DNA of 64,000 nucleotides from the human T2T-CHM13v2.0 reference genome, Homo sapiens (GCF_009914755.1 NC_060926.1); one strand, 5' to 3'. Positions 41,390-59,907 are shown, counted from the first letter of the stretch. A program made the numbers and translations. Notes: generated by a model not told the origin, from the sequence alone.

Positions 41390-44199
41390 CTATTGGGGGT
41401 GGAGGTGGGGTGCCGAAGTGGGAGGATGGCTTGAGCCTAGGAAGTCGAGACTGCAATGAGCAATGATTGTGCCACTGCACTCTAGCCTGGATGATGGCAA
41501 GACCCTGTCTCAAAAAAAAAAAAAAGTTTCTTCTGCTTTTAGTCAGATTTAGGAAGCTCTGAGAAGGCTTCTTTCTGCATCTGTTGAATCTCAAATGTCT
41601 TCAGCCTAAAATAATCTTTATACACCAAATCAGGGATTCTGAGTGGTTCCCCACAGGGCTTATCCAGTTCCATCATACTTTGGCTCATTGTGAAATGGCA
41701 AAGGGGGCAAAAGCAGCCTGAGGGGAAGGGAAAGATTTATATTTATAGTGCATACATTAGACGCCTGGCAGCAGTTTTCACTTCATCTCATTCCATCCTC
41801 CCAATACCTCCATAAGCAAATATTAGTGAATCCCCATTTATCAGATTAGGAGACCAAGGCTCAAGTGCAAAAAATTTACCCAGGGTGCCCAACCTGTACC
41901 TGAGGTTGCCAGGATTGAGAACAGGTCTGCGTGGCCTCAGAGCAGGGCTGATCCCAGAACAGTGAATGCAGAGGGCAGGAATGGCCAGTCAGTTGGGAAG
42001 CAAGACTGGGGCCAGACTTTGGAGATCAGAGGCTGAGACCATATTAGAAAAGTACCTGGCAATTCCACCTAGGATGGCTTTGGAGAGCTAGAGAAATACT
42101 GGTGCTAGCCCTCCCCATCTCTCTATCCCCCAGGGCCATTTGTGGTCTGAGATAATGAAAGTTTCCAGCCAGTTAGTCGAGGTGGCTCATGTCTGTATTC
42201 CCAGCATTTTGGGAGGCTGAGGTGGGAGGACTGCTTGAGCTCAGGAGTTTGAGACCAGCTTGGGCAACATAGGGAGACCCCATCTCTACAAAAAAAATTT
42301 TAAAAATTAGCCAGGCATGGTAGTAGCATGCCTGTAGTCCCAGCTATTCTAGAGGCTGAGGCAGGAGGACTGCTTGAGACCAGGAGGTTGAGACTGCAAT
42401 GAGCCATGTTCGCACCACTGGTGACAGAGCCAGACCCTGGCTCAAAAAATAAAATAATAATGGATGTTAGTCACAGGATGGAGAAGATAGCTGGAGTGGG
42501 GGAAGGGAGTGCCTCCAGGCTATGGAAGCCCTCAGGCCCATCTTTCCTCTCTCCAAGTGGACTCTGGGTCTGTCTTCCCCAGCCATCCTCCCAGAGCCTC
42601 CACCACACCTTTGGTACTTAGGGGAGTACACAAGAGGCTTTGATTTCTGTACCCTTGCTGACCAAAGGCAGAGTGCAAGTGCTATTTCTTTCCACCTGAC
42701 TTGCACAAAGTTTCTCCCCTCCTTTTTCCTGAGAATTGAGAAAGTTAAAATAAGCAAGGAATGAGAAATCTGAAACATTCCAGGCCATTCATCTGGCTGG
42801 GATAACAAAGATAAAGTCAGCTACAAAGTTAAACAGGAAACACAATCTGTCCCAAGGATAAACTGCCATCCCAAAGTAGCATAAGGAAAACTTTTTTTTA
42901 CTCTTGACAATCTCAGAAATCTTGTTCTCTAAAGTCATAGGCTTTCAGAAACTTTGCTGGCTGAAATTATTGTTATTATTTATTTATTTAGAGACAGGGT
43001 CTCAGTCTGTCACCCAAGCTGGAATGCAATGGTGCGATCACGGTTCACTGCAGCCTCGGCCTCACGGGTTCAAGTGATTCTTCCACAACATCGCCAGTAG
43101 TTGAGACTATAGGCATGCATCACCATGCCCAGCTGGTTTATTTTTAATTTTTGTGTTTTTTTTTTTTGTAGAGAAAGGGTCTCACTCTGCTGCCTAGGCT
43201 GGTCTTGTACTCCTGGGCTCAAGGAATCCTCCCACCTCGGCCTCCCAAACTGTTGAGATTACAGGCGTAAGCCACCTCCCCTTGCCTTGCTGTTTGAAAT
43301 TATATCAGCAAAAATGAAACATCCCACTCTTGCCTGGAGCGTCTTACTTTGACACAGAAACAGCTTTGATTTACAACCCAGGTGTGTAACTTTAGATACG
43401 GGATTTGTGGACGCTATTCCACATCTATCTTAACTTTGCTGTTTCCAAGGAAATGCGACCTTGGGTGGACTTTGTAGTTTAGCTTTGTCTTTACACACAG
43501 CTAGATTTGAGCTTTCAAAACACTGTTTCAGGTAAATTTATCCTAAACTCCACCCTCTCCCTCCCTTTTGTAGTTTGGTGAGACACCCCCATGGTTCGTC
43601 TGCTGTGGAGGCTCCCCCGTTGCAACCAGCAAAACAAACCCTGACTTTGGCAGACTACAGGCTTGTCCCTGGTGATCGTGAGCTGCTTGGGCTAGGACGG
43701 AACCCTCACAAAACATGCCCCTCCTTTCTTCATCCTTGACTTTATCTCCCAAGGCCCAGGACAAAGACGTAGATTGCTGGGTCACGCTGTTCCTTGGACG
43801 GGCAAAGGGGGGAACACAGGGCACTGTATTCTTCTGGAGAATACTTGTTTTCTTCTTCTGTTTTGTGTGTGTGTGTGTGTTGTTTTTGTTTTTTTTTTCT
43901 GAGACAGGGTCTCAAGGTAGGAGTGCAGTGGCCTGATCATAGCTCACTGCAACCTCAAGCTCCTGGGATCAAGCAATCTTCCTGCCTTGAGCCTCCCGAG
44001 TAGAGAGTAGTTAGGACTATAGGCACGTGCCACCACTCCTGGCTAAATTTTTTAAATGTTTTTGTAGAGAAGGAGGCGGTTCTCACTATGTTGCTAGCTG
44101 GTCTTGAACTCCTGGCCTCAAGTCATCCTTCTGTCTTGGCCTCCCAAAGTGTTGGGATTGTAAGTGTGAGCCACTGTCCCTGGCCAGTTGGTGATTTAT

Positions 44200-44445
44200 T
44201 TGTATAACTGTCCAATTTATTGAATACGTATGGCGTGCCAAGCACTGGGCTGAGGGCTTCATAATGCCCTTTCACTCAATGCTTAGCACAACCCATGAAG
44301 AAGGTAGTGTTAATATCATCCCTGTTTTACAGATGTAGAAACTGAGGCACAGGCTAAATAACTTGCCCAACAAGCTCGTGCAGTTTAGTAAGCAGCTCAG
44401 CTGGGATGTGAACACAAACTTTGAATACAGAGCTCTTAACCAGTA
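44200..44445 (-). mobile_element. MIR SINE
   Basis: TTTTACAGATGTAGAAACTGAGGCACAG core. Confidence 0.75.
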
Positions 44446-47316
44446 GGCCAGAGGTTCCCAAACACCTAGTATATTTACTACCTTAGTACTTTCCTGCCAC
44501 ATCTCCTAGGCCAAAACAACTCCATTGATTGTTATGCAATTTACTAAGTGTAGCCATTTGAAAAAAAAATACATATAAAAGAAAAATATTTTTATTCAGT
44601 TTTCAAAATAACCCATATATAGTCATGGAATGTATGTGTTGGTTGGGCACTGCAGACTAAAGACAGTTTAGGGCCGGGCACGGTGGCTCAGGCCTGTAAT
44701 CCTAGCACTTTGGGAGGCCAAGTAGAGAGAAGGGCTTGAGCCCAAGAGTTGGAGACCGGCCTGGGCAACATAGCAAGACCCAGTCTCTACAGAAAATAAA
44801 ATTATCAGGGTGTGAGGACGCACACCTGCAGTCTTAGCTGCTTGGGAGGCTGAGGCTGGAGGATCAGCCTGGGCAACAGAGTGAGACCCTGTCTCAGAAA
44901 AAAAAAAAAAAAAAGACAGACTTTTATTCAGATATGCATGCAGGAGTTCACAGAAAAAAAAAGTGAGTCCAGGAGGCTGTTATTTGGCATTTATACAACT
45001 TTTTTTTTCTTGAATCTCGAAATCTACTTTATATATACCATTTAATAGGGGAAGAGGAGGGAGAAAAAGCCTTCCATGGGAAGAACAAATAGGTTTCTGG
45101 GGGAACAAAAGGGAGATAAGAATGTTTGTTTTTGCAGGTGCAAGTGGTCTTTGTCTTTTTTTCTGGCCACTAAAACTCCCCTAGAGAGGAGATTTACGGC
45201 AGCTTCACTCCCAGAAATTTCTGCTGTTAGTCGCATAAGGGAAGCTTTGAAACGGCATCTTTCTGCATCTGTTGGCTCTCAAATGTCTTCAGTTCCAAGT
45301 AACATTCATGCCAATTCTGGGGGTCTGAGTGGTCCCCACATAATACATGTGTTCTCTTGTCTTTTAATGAAGTTTGTGGGAGGCATCTAACTGTAGCCTC
45401 CAAAATTTGGCCCATAGGTACTACTGTCCTTATCAAAGACGAGGAAACAAGTTCAGAAAAGTATTAATTGCTCCGAGTTATCTGCTTGGCTAGCTAGGAT
45501 CAGAGCTCAGTTCTCCATTTAACCCAAAGCCCAGGCTCTTAACCTCTTACAACTGGCGCATCCCCTCTGAACCTCCATTTCCTCCCTGTAAAAGAATAAC
45601 ATCGGCCGGGCGCAGTGGCTCACATCTATAATCCCAGCACTTTGGGAGGCAGAGATGGGCGGATCACGAGGTCAGGAGTTTGAGACCAGCCTGGCCAACA
45701 TGGTGAAACCCCATCTCTACTAAAAATACAAAACTTAGCTGGGTGTGTTGGTGCCTGTAACCCCAGCTACTCAGGAGACTGAGGCAGGAGAATTGCCTTA
45801 ACCTGGGAGGCGGAGGTTGTGGTGAGCCAAGATCGTGCCATTGCACTCCAGCCTCGGTGACAGAGCAAGACTCCATCCCCAAAAAAACAAACAACAACAA
45901 CAAAAAGAGAATAACGTTATATTCAGTTGAACCAAAATGAATTAAATATTAATATTTGTACTTCAAAAACGGTCCAGCTTGGCTGGGCGCAGTGGCTCCC
46001 GCCTGTAATCCCAACATTTTGGGAGGCCGAGGCAGGAGGATCATTTGAGGTCAGGAGTTTGAGACCAGCCTGGCCAACATGGTGAAATCCTGTCTCTACT
46101 AAAAATACAAAAATTAGCTGGGCAGTAGTAGCGCGTGCCGGTAATCCCAGCTATTCAGGAGGCTGAGGAAGGAGAATTGCTTGAGCTTGGGAGGTGAAAG
46201 TTGTGGTGAGCTGAGACTGCACTACTGCACACCAGTCTGGGAGACAGAGTAAGACCCTGTCTCAAAACAAAACAACCAAAAAACCAAAAAGGTCCAGCTT
46301 GGGCAACATAGTGAAACTTCGTCTCTACAGAAAATTTTTAAAATACTAGCAGGGCACCGGGCACAGTGGCTCATACCTGTAATCCCAGCACTTTGGGAGG
46401 CTGAGGCAGGCGGGTCACTTGTGGTCAGGAGTTTGGGATCAGGCAGGCCAACATGGTGAAACCGTGTCTCTACTAAAAAACAAAAATTAGCTGGGCATGG
46501 TGGTAGGCACCAGTAATCCTAGCACTCAGGAGGCTGAGGCATGAGAATTGCCTGAACCCGCAAAGCAGGGGTTGCAGTGAACCAAGATGGCGTCACTGTA
46601 CTCCAGCCTGGGTGACAGAATAAGACTCCTCAATTAAAAAAAAAAAAAATTAGCTGGGCATGGTGTTGCGGGCCTGTGGTCCCAGGTACTCAGGAGGCTG
46701 AGGTGAGAGGATTACTTAAGCCTGGGAGGTTGAGGCTACAGTAAGCCAAGATCACGCCACTATACTCCAGCCTCTGTGACAGAGCCAGACCCTGTCTCAA
46801 AAAAATTTTAAAAAGGGCAAATTTTGGCAATTTCACATAGTTCAACCTAGTATAAGGTGGTTGTAATAACTAAATGAGATAAAATGGTGTTAAATTGGAA
46901 GTATTATAGTATTTCTGTTAACAACATAGGGCTCCAGAACCAGCTTCCTTGAGTTTAAATCCAGGCTCCACCACTTCCTAGCTATGCAGTCATGGGCAAG
47001 TTACTTGACCCAACTGTGCCTCAGCTTCATCCATGATATGGAGATACAGGATAACCAGCCTCTTACGTGCAATTCTGAAATCCAAAAAGCTCTGTAAACC
47101 AAAAGTTTGGGGGTAAACTCATTTGGTAGCAAATTTTGACCTGAGGCTATTTATAGTCTATATTCTGTATTCTTTCTACTTAGTATGAATAAGCATGTAA
47201 GTTTTACTGCATGTTTGATTTCAGCATGTTCCCCCAGACTCTCTGGGGGTGTTTACGTATGCCGGTGGGGGAAAGAGACCAACTCTCAAATATTATCTCA
47301 AACAGTTGGTTTCACT

Positions 47317-47632
<316 letters not shown>

Positions 47633-47952
47633 TAGCCAGGATGGTCTCGATCTCCTGACCTCGTGATCCGCCCACCTCCGCCCCCCCCCCGAAGTGCCGA
47701 GTGCTGGGACTACAGGCGTGAGCCACTGCGCCCGGCCCCCGCCTTTTTTTTTTAGATTGATTTTATTACTTGCCTAGCAAAGGAGAACCTTCTGGCAGAA
47801 CAGTCTCCAAGAACAAGGCAAACAACTAATTTTACATAGGTTTTTACCAATGTACAGCTGTTGATTGTGACTGGTTTCCGGCAATCTGGATTTCACAATC
47901 TGGATAAGGGGACAAACAATTGTCTGTCTTCCACTATCTTTCTTGAATTTGA

Positions 47953-48213
<261 letters not shown>

Positions 48214-48715
48214 TGACCTCAGGTGATCCGCCCGCCTCGGCATCCCAAAGTGCTGGGATTACAGGCGTGAGCCACTGCGCCCGGCCTCTCATAGTCTCTT
48301 AGCTTTCTAAAATTTGAAAAATCCTGTAAAGACACACCTGGGTCAAAGGGCTCAGATAACGGACTGTGGCCCTTAAGTACTTACGTCACAGGTTATTGAG
48401 AGGATCGATTTAGTTACCAGATGTAAAATGCTGGGATCAGTGCCTGGCAAAGGAAAACTTTGTACAGCTGCAGGCTTTCACCATACACAACAGCATCGCT
48501 AACGAATGCTATTACAATATTCATTTAGCGTTTACCAAGTGCCTACTCTATACAAATCTTGAGAATACAACGTGAAGGTGAACTGCTGACTAAAGTTTGG
48601 TCCCTTTCGCTCCGTCTCCTTGCGAAAATGCTCTAACGGCAGGAGGTCACGCGAGCGCTGGACGCGTTTCTCCCCGCGAGCCCCTTTCCGAGGCCTTTCG
48701 GGTCCCCCCGGTTAT

Positions 48716-49432
<717 letters not shown>

Positions 49433-50422
49433 TAGCGGGGTGGGGGTGGGGTCGAAGGCGGGGGCATAGCGGCGGGGCGCTTGGAACCCGGCGAGGGGAG
49501 GCTCGCACAGGGGGTTGGGGGGGTGCACGGCCTGGCCCTGGGCTCGGAGGAGGCGGGGCCGCAGAGTTGGCTTGAATGAGTGCAGGGGTCGAGTCTGGAG
49601 CATTTGGGGGTGTAGCTTGTAAACAGGGTCGGAGGAGAGAGGCTGTGCAGGAAGAGGGCTGCAGGGGAGACGCGGAGAGTTCGGGCCTTTTGGAGGGAGG
49701 AGACGCGTCCCGCCAGGTGGGGGTGCTGGGCTAAGGAAGGGGCGACGCGCGCAGCTCCGGGTGGGGAGGGGGCCTGGGAGGTGGGAGCACTGGGGGTGGG
49801 GCGAGAAGGGGAAGGCGCCCGGCCCACTTGGTGGGCGGGGCGGGGGGCGGGGTGGCGGGAAGGAGGAATGCCTGCGGGAGGCCGAACGGGGAGAGTCCGG
49901 TGGTGTGGGGTGCGAAAGGAGGTTCCTCGGCCGGCGCGGAGATAGTGAGTTGGGGCTCCAGTAGTCGATCGAGGTAGACACTTAGAGGTAGTTAAGAGCC
50001 GCGGTCGCCGAGACGCCTTGGGGACGGTGGGCCTTCGGCCTAGGTGAGGGGCCGCCGAGGGGGTGGGCCACGAGCTGCGAGCGCGGGGGGGTGTGTCACC
50101 ATGGGGACCGCGGGGCCTAATTGGGCGGGGCGGGGCCGTGGGGAGCCGAAGTGCTGGGATCCGGCTGGGTCCTTCGGTAGGTAGGCTGCACGTGCACCGA
50201 GACGAAGATAGAATATTTTGACGTATGTGGAAATTCGTGTCGAGTGGAAAATATTTTATTTTATGAAATAGTGTAATTTTTATGGGGCACCACTGGGCTT
50301 TTAGAGGCCTTAATCGGGCGCTGGACAAAGATGTGTGGACGTGAGTGACTCCGGGGAAGCCTGTCGGGAGTTGTCCTCACTTTATGGGCAGTTAAGTGCT
50401 TTTTTTTTTTTTTCCTTTTTGA

Positions 50423-50578
<156 letters not shown>

Positions 50579-50738
50579 TAGTAGAGACGGGGTTTCTCCA
50601 TGTTGGTCAGGCTAGTCTCGGAATTCCCGACCTCAGGTGATCCACCCGCCTCGGCCTCAAAGTGCTGGGATTACAGGCGCTAGCCACCGCGCCCGGTCTG
50701 TTTAGGGCTTTTTATCCGGGCAGCTGGCGACATTTTGA

Positions 50739-50996
<258 letters not shown>

Positions 50997-51118
50997 TGAT
51001 CGGCCCGCATTGGCCTACCAAAGTGCTGGGATTACAGGCATGAACCACCGAGCCCGGCCGTTTGTCAGATACTAAACACAAAGTTTAATGGTCGCTATTT
51101 GAACAAACGAAGAAATAA

Positions 51119-51373
<255 letters not shown>

Positions 51374-52291
51374 TGAAACTGCTGACCTCAAGTGGTCCAC
51401 CCACTTCAGCCTCCCAAAGTGCTGGGATTACAGGTGTGAGCCACCGTGCCCGGCCGCTAGTTAGTGGTTTTGAGTAATGGATTTCAAATCCATTTAAATC
51501 CAGTTTAAAGTGTCCTAAAGGAATTCTGAGATTTTTCTAAGTGTAATTATAGTGTTACCCTTGTTTAAGCGACCCTTTCCCGCAGTTTAAATATATATAG
51601 TTGTGCATTAGTAGAATATGCTTGTGGGGAACAGAGCCAGCATCCGCAATAACAAACTCCTGGTTAGAAAAGCATGACGTATTGTTTACTTGAGCATGAA
51701 TTGATTGTTGAATCCAAACCAAACGGGTGTATTTATTGTAAGGATGTACTTTACATTCATATTGAATAGCGTATGTTATTTGTTTCTTGAGGTTGAGTTT
51801 AAGAGACTTGTAAAAATAAAACGTATACATTTCACCTCCCGTTATGGAGAGGATTCCAGGGTATTCAAGAAAGATGGGCATTTGATACTAGGTTTCTAAA
51901 GAAACTGCAGTGTCTAGATCACTCTGCCGAGCACAGCATTAGGCATTATGGATCCTGGATACAACCATGAACAGGACAAAGCAAAGAGGCAATTGTAGAC
52001 TCCAAGTGGAAAGGGGACGGAGAGGATGCGGGTCAGGCTAGGCTCTCAGCTCTGTAAACCGAAACCAGAAGGACAAATAAGCTTAGACAGATTATAGTGA
52101 GAGTGGGAAGCTGGTTCAGGAAGAGGAAGGTCTGCAAATTGTGGGTAGGATGAAAGGAGGAGGAGGGAGCATTGGAGAAGTTAAGCAGAGATCCAATCAT
52201 GAACAGTCTGATGAGCTACAGAGACATTCGGACTTACTCCATGAATCATTTAAGCCTTAAAACATGTTGAGCGTATTTTTTTTTTTTTTGA

Positions 52292-52573
<282 letters not shown>

Positions 52574-52764
52574 TGAGCCACCGTGTCTGTCCGAGCATCT
52601 TTTAATGTTTGTCATTTAGATTTCTTCTTGTGCTGAAGTGTTTGTCTTTTGCTGTTTCTTTTTTTTTTCCTAGTTCTTTGTCATTTGTGTGTGATATAAA
52701 TGTCTTCTTTCACAATGAGTTCTTTCATTTAGTTTATGGCTTTGTTGTTGTTGTTGAATAATAG

Positions 52765-52890
<126 letters not shown>

Positions 52891-53050
52891 TGAACAAATT
52901 ATTGATTATAATGTGGAATTTGTCCTTTTATTTTCTCTGTGGTTAGTGTTTCTATAGGTTTTATTTAAGAAATCCACAGGGAGGCTGGGTGCAGTGGCTC
53001 ATGCCTGTAAACCCAACACTTTGGGAGGCCAAGGCAGGCCAACATGGCTA

Positions 53051-53182
<132 letters not shown>

Positions 53183-54150
53183 TCATGCCATGCACTCCAG
53201 CCTGGGTGGCAGAGTCAGACCCTGTCTGCCAAAAAATAAAATAAAAGTTGGTGAAAATGTTGATTATATATTTTAGGAACAACTAGTAATTGACATCAAA
53301 ATTATGGGCTAAAGAGAAAGCAAAAATAATGTGATTTTAAACCAGAATTCAAAAGATCTGTTTAGCGTATGTTTAGACAAAGCCATTACTTATTATATCA
53401 AAGTTTTAACATTTATTTTGTGAGCTGTCAGCTTTTCCTCTTAACATTTTTCCCCACCGTCTTAAAAAACCCCAAGAATACCGGACATTTAAGACTCACT
53501 TAAAGCTTTAAAAGCACTTGCAAAATCCTAAAATCATAATTTAAGGTGTTTTTGGAGGGCAGGAGCAATGGTGGCAGGCAGTGTTTTGCTTTGTTGCCCA
53601 GGCTGAAGTACAGTGGCAGATCTCGGTTCACTGCACCCTCGACCTATTCGGCTCAAGTGATCCTCCCACCTCAGCTTTCTGAGTAGCTGGGACCCCAAGT
53701 GCACACCACCCCATGCCTGGCTAATTTTTAAATTTTTTTGTAGAAACAAGGTCTCACTGTGTAGCCCAGATGGTCTCGAATTCCTGGGCTCTTAAGAGAT
53801 CCTCCCAAAGTGCTGGGATCATAGGTGTGAGCCACCACACCTGGCCTATTTTGGCATTCTTGAAAACCGCAGGATTACCACGGATAAAATTTTAAAATTA
53901 CCTTTAAAGAATTCAGGTTTACACACAAAAAAAATTTGGTTTGTTAGCAGTGAGTGAAGAAAAATTTTGAGAAATGTTTAAAATTTTTAGTTTTGTTACA
54001 CAATACATTTTACTACCTGTTTAATTATCTTTTTTGACTCAGAAACCAGTTTCCTGGGTCCAGGATGTTTAGTGGTACTCTTTTTCTTCAAGCTTTTTAG
54101 CATTGGAGGAACTGCATATTAGTAAAATTTTTAGTCTTAGCATTTTATAG

Positions 54151-54429
<279 letters not shown>

Positions 54430-54432
54430 TGA

Positions 54433-55099
<667 letters not shown>

Positions 55100-55550
55100 T
55101 GATCCACCTGCCTTGGCCTCCCAAAGTGCTGGGATTACAGACCTGAGCCACCGCACCCGGCCCATACTGCTATTTCTTAACAGCAGAGAAATTATGTGTC
55201 AGATTCTGTAAGTGTAATGGTATATAAAGGATAAAATGATGTTGAAAAACAAAATTTTTTGTTTAAATGCTTATGTTTCTAATATTTTATTTCAGAAAGG
55301 AATTTATTTCAAAACTGATAATGGTTGGATCCAGCTTTTCACACAAACTTTTTTTTCCTAGTGAGGATGCACATTTATCCTGTAAACAAATGGAAGACAT
55401 TATTTTTTTAATTGCTTGCTTAGAAATGAAATAATTCTTTTCTAATGATCTTTTAAAGCATGAGACCTCATACATCATTTAAAACAATTTATACTGTATT
55501 TTACACATGACAAAGTTCTAAGGTAACAGCCCTTTTCTAAGACTAAAGTT

Positions 55551-56023
55551 ACAGTCCTCCCTTTGTATCTGAGGGGGATTGGTTGCAGGACCCCCCTGTG
55601 AATACCCAAATCCTTGGATGTCCAAGTCCCTTATGAGATGTAGTATTTGCATATAACCTATACACATCTTCCCCTGTACTTTATCTCTAGATTACGTACA
55701 ATACCTAATAGAATGTAAATGCTTTGAAATTAGTTGTTCAGCTGTATTTTAAATTTTGTATTTTTTTTCCTTTTTTTTTGAGACAGAGTCTTGCTCTGTT
55801 GCCCAGGCTGGAGTACAGTACAGTGATCACAGCTCACTGCACCTTTAACCTCCCAGGCTCAAGCTGTCCTGCCTCGGCCTCCCCAAGTGTTGGGATTACA
55901 GGTGTGAGCCATCATACCTGGTCACTGTTTTTTATTGGTTTTAAATTTTTGATTTAAAATTTTTAATCTAGGTTGGTTGAATCTGGACTGGAACCCAAGG
56001 ATATGTTTGTTGAGCATACTGTA
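55551..56023 (+). mobile_element. MER2 (Tigger MITE) with Alu insertion, intron 1
   Basis: CAGTCCTCCCTTTGTATCTGAGGGGGATTGGTTGCAGGACCCCC matches MER2 start. Confidence 0.75.
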
Positions 56024-56836
56024 TTTACTTTGGAATACAACTAGAATGCTTAACTTGTATGTTAAAAATACTTTATTTGGCCAGGCGCGGTGGCTCACGC
56101 CTGTAATCCCAGCACTTTGAGAGGCCAAGGCGGGTGAATCATTTGAGGTCAGGAGTTTAAGACGAGCCTGGCCAACATGGCAAAACCCTGACTCTACAAA
56201 AAAAAGGTAAAAATAAGCCAGGTGTGATGGCGTGTGCCTGTAGTCTTGGCTATTCAGGAGGCTGAGACACAAGAATCGCTTGAACCGGGGAGGCACGTTA
56301 CGCCCTCAGTTGTTGACTTGAGTTTTTCCGTAGTTTGTAGGGGGAGGGTAATAGAGTATTAGGTAGCTTTTGGAATACATAGGAGTGTAACTGGAAAAAG
56401 ATTCCAAGCAAGTCTAATGAATTAGATAATTTACCTAATTAGTAAATTATGTAATCAGTATGCTTTATAATAATATTGTGAGTTAGATCCTGTTTCTGAT
56501 ATGTACATACCATATTGTATAGGTGCTACTAATTTGGAGAGCATATACAGTGAGTCCATGCCTTTTTCCTGCCATCAGCATTATACCAAAATTCTGCCAT
56601 GGTTTTTAAACTTTGATTCTGAGAAAGTTTCTCACCCTAATAACATAACTATATTTGTGTTTGTCTTCATAGTTAAATATGCATTATGATATCAGCTTGC
56701 ATACATTTTTTAAATGACTTGAATATCTGACTTTAAAAATTATTCTAGAATTTCTGTGCTTCAATATTAATGCCAGAAGACTTGGAATTGTTTATTTGTA
56801 GGTAACTGCCTTTAAGGAAACTTGACCAAATATTAA

Positions 56837-57178
<342 letters not shown>

Positions 57179-57804
57179 TAAATTGCAAGGGGTGGCAGTT
57201 GTGAAAGCTTCTGGCATGGGAAAGGGATGTAACATGGTCTTTAGCTGGTTTGTTTTGTGGAATGGAATTTTTATTTCTGTCCTTTGAGTGACTTACAGCA
57301 ATATTATACCCTTAATAAGGGTAAACTAAACTGTCCCCCCATCTTGAAGGGTCCAAGAGAAAGTTAATGTCATCAGGATACATAGCCTATAGATAGCGAC
57401 ATTCTCTAGGGAAAGATGGAGATGCGCACTACCTGGCCTTCAAACTACTCACTAATGAACACATCTGAGTTGAGTTTCACACCAAACTCCTGGAACCATA
57501 ACTTTCTTTTCCCAGATCTAGTCTTGTTTATCACAGACATCAACAGCCTGGCATGTTTAGCCTCACTTGGGCTAGGTGCACCCCATCGTCTCTTGTACAA
57601 GTTCTCTTTCTTTCTTTTTTTTTTTTTTTTTTCTGGAGACAGAGTCTCACTCTGTTGCCTAGGCTGGAGTGCAGTGGCGCAATCTCGGCCCACTGCAACC
57701 TCCGTCTCCTGGGTTCAAGAGTTTCCTACCTCAGCCTCCCGAGTAGCTTGGGATTATAGGCACACGCCACGTTGCCTGGCTATATATATATATTTTTTTT
57801 TTGA

Positions 57805-57963
<159 letters not shown>

Positions 57964-58782
57964 TAGTAGAGATGGGGTTTCACCATGTTGGCCAAGCTGG
58001 TCTTGAACTGCTGACCTCCAGTAATCCACCCACCTCCCCCTACCAAAGTGCTGGGATTATAGGCGTGAGCCACTGTGCCCAGCCGCCCAGCTAATTTTTG
58101 TATTTTTAGTAGAGACGGGGTTTCACCATGTTGGCCAGGCTGGTCTCCAACTTCTGACCTCAGGTGATCTGCCCATTTCGGCCTCCCAAGAGTCTCCAGT
58201 CTAGTACGTTGTCGTACTCGGTGTTGTAAAATCCAAACAAGGGTCAGTTTCCCAGGTAACTGGGAAATTCCCAGAATCACACTCTTTCGTCATAGTGCTC
58301 ATCCTACAAAAAAGGATTGGGGGCATTTTGTCTAAAATTAAATGTAAATGGTGATCTGACATACAGGTGGAAAGAGAATTGGGAAGTTTTGTTCTCTCTT
58401 CTACCAACTTGCCACATAATCTTGGCCAAGCAAAGTAACTTGTTTTTTCTTTTAATCTTTTTAAAAGAAATAGAGACACAGTTTTGCCATGTTGCCCAAG
58501 CTGGTCTCAAACTCCTGCCTGAGCTCAAGCAGTCTGCCCACTTCGGCCTCCCAAAGTGCTGAGACTACAGGCATAAGCCACCATGCCCCTGGGCTCGGCC
58601 AACTTTTTCGTTTTCTTTTCAAGAGATGGGGGTCTCACTCTGTCACCCAGCCTGGAGTATAGTGTTGGGATCATAGCTCACTGGAGCCTTGAACTCCTGG
58701 GCTCAAGTGATTCCCCCCTGTTTTAGCCTCCTCAGTAACCGGGACTAGAGGTGTCTGCCACCACACCTGGCTAATTTTTATA

Positions 58783-58814
<32 letters not shown>

Positions 58815-59064
58815 GATGACGGTCTTGCTATGTTGCCCCCAGGGTGGTCTTGAATTCTTGGCCTCCAGTGATCCTTCTGCATCAGGCTCCCAAGTAGTTG
58901 GGTGATCTGGCTAAAGTAACTTATTTTCTGATACTGTTTACTTATATTTAGAATGAATCTCATTGGGGTTGCACTGGGGCCGGGCATGGTGGCTCACACC
59001 TGTAATCCCAGCGCTTTGGAAGGCCAAGGCAGGTGGATCACCTGAGGTCAGGAGTTCCAGACTA

Positions 59065-59346
<282 letters not shown>

Positions 59347-59436
59347 TCACGAGGTCAGGCGTTCGAGACCAGCCTGACCAAGATGGTGAAACACTGTCTC
59401 TACTAAAAATACAAAAATAAGCTGAAATCCCAGCTA

Positions 59437-59538
<102 letters not shown>

Positions 59539-59639
59539 TCATCTCAAAAATAAATAAATAAATAAATAAATAAAATAAAATAATAAATAAAGTAAAAAGA
59601 TCTCTCATTGAACCAGATGATATATGAAGTCTCTTTTAG

Positions 59640-59907
<268 letters not shown>

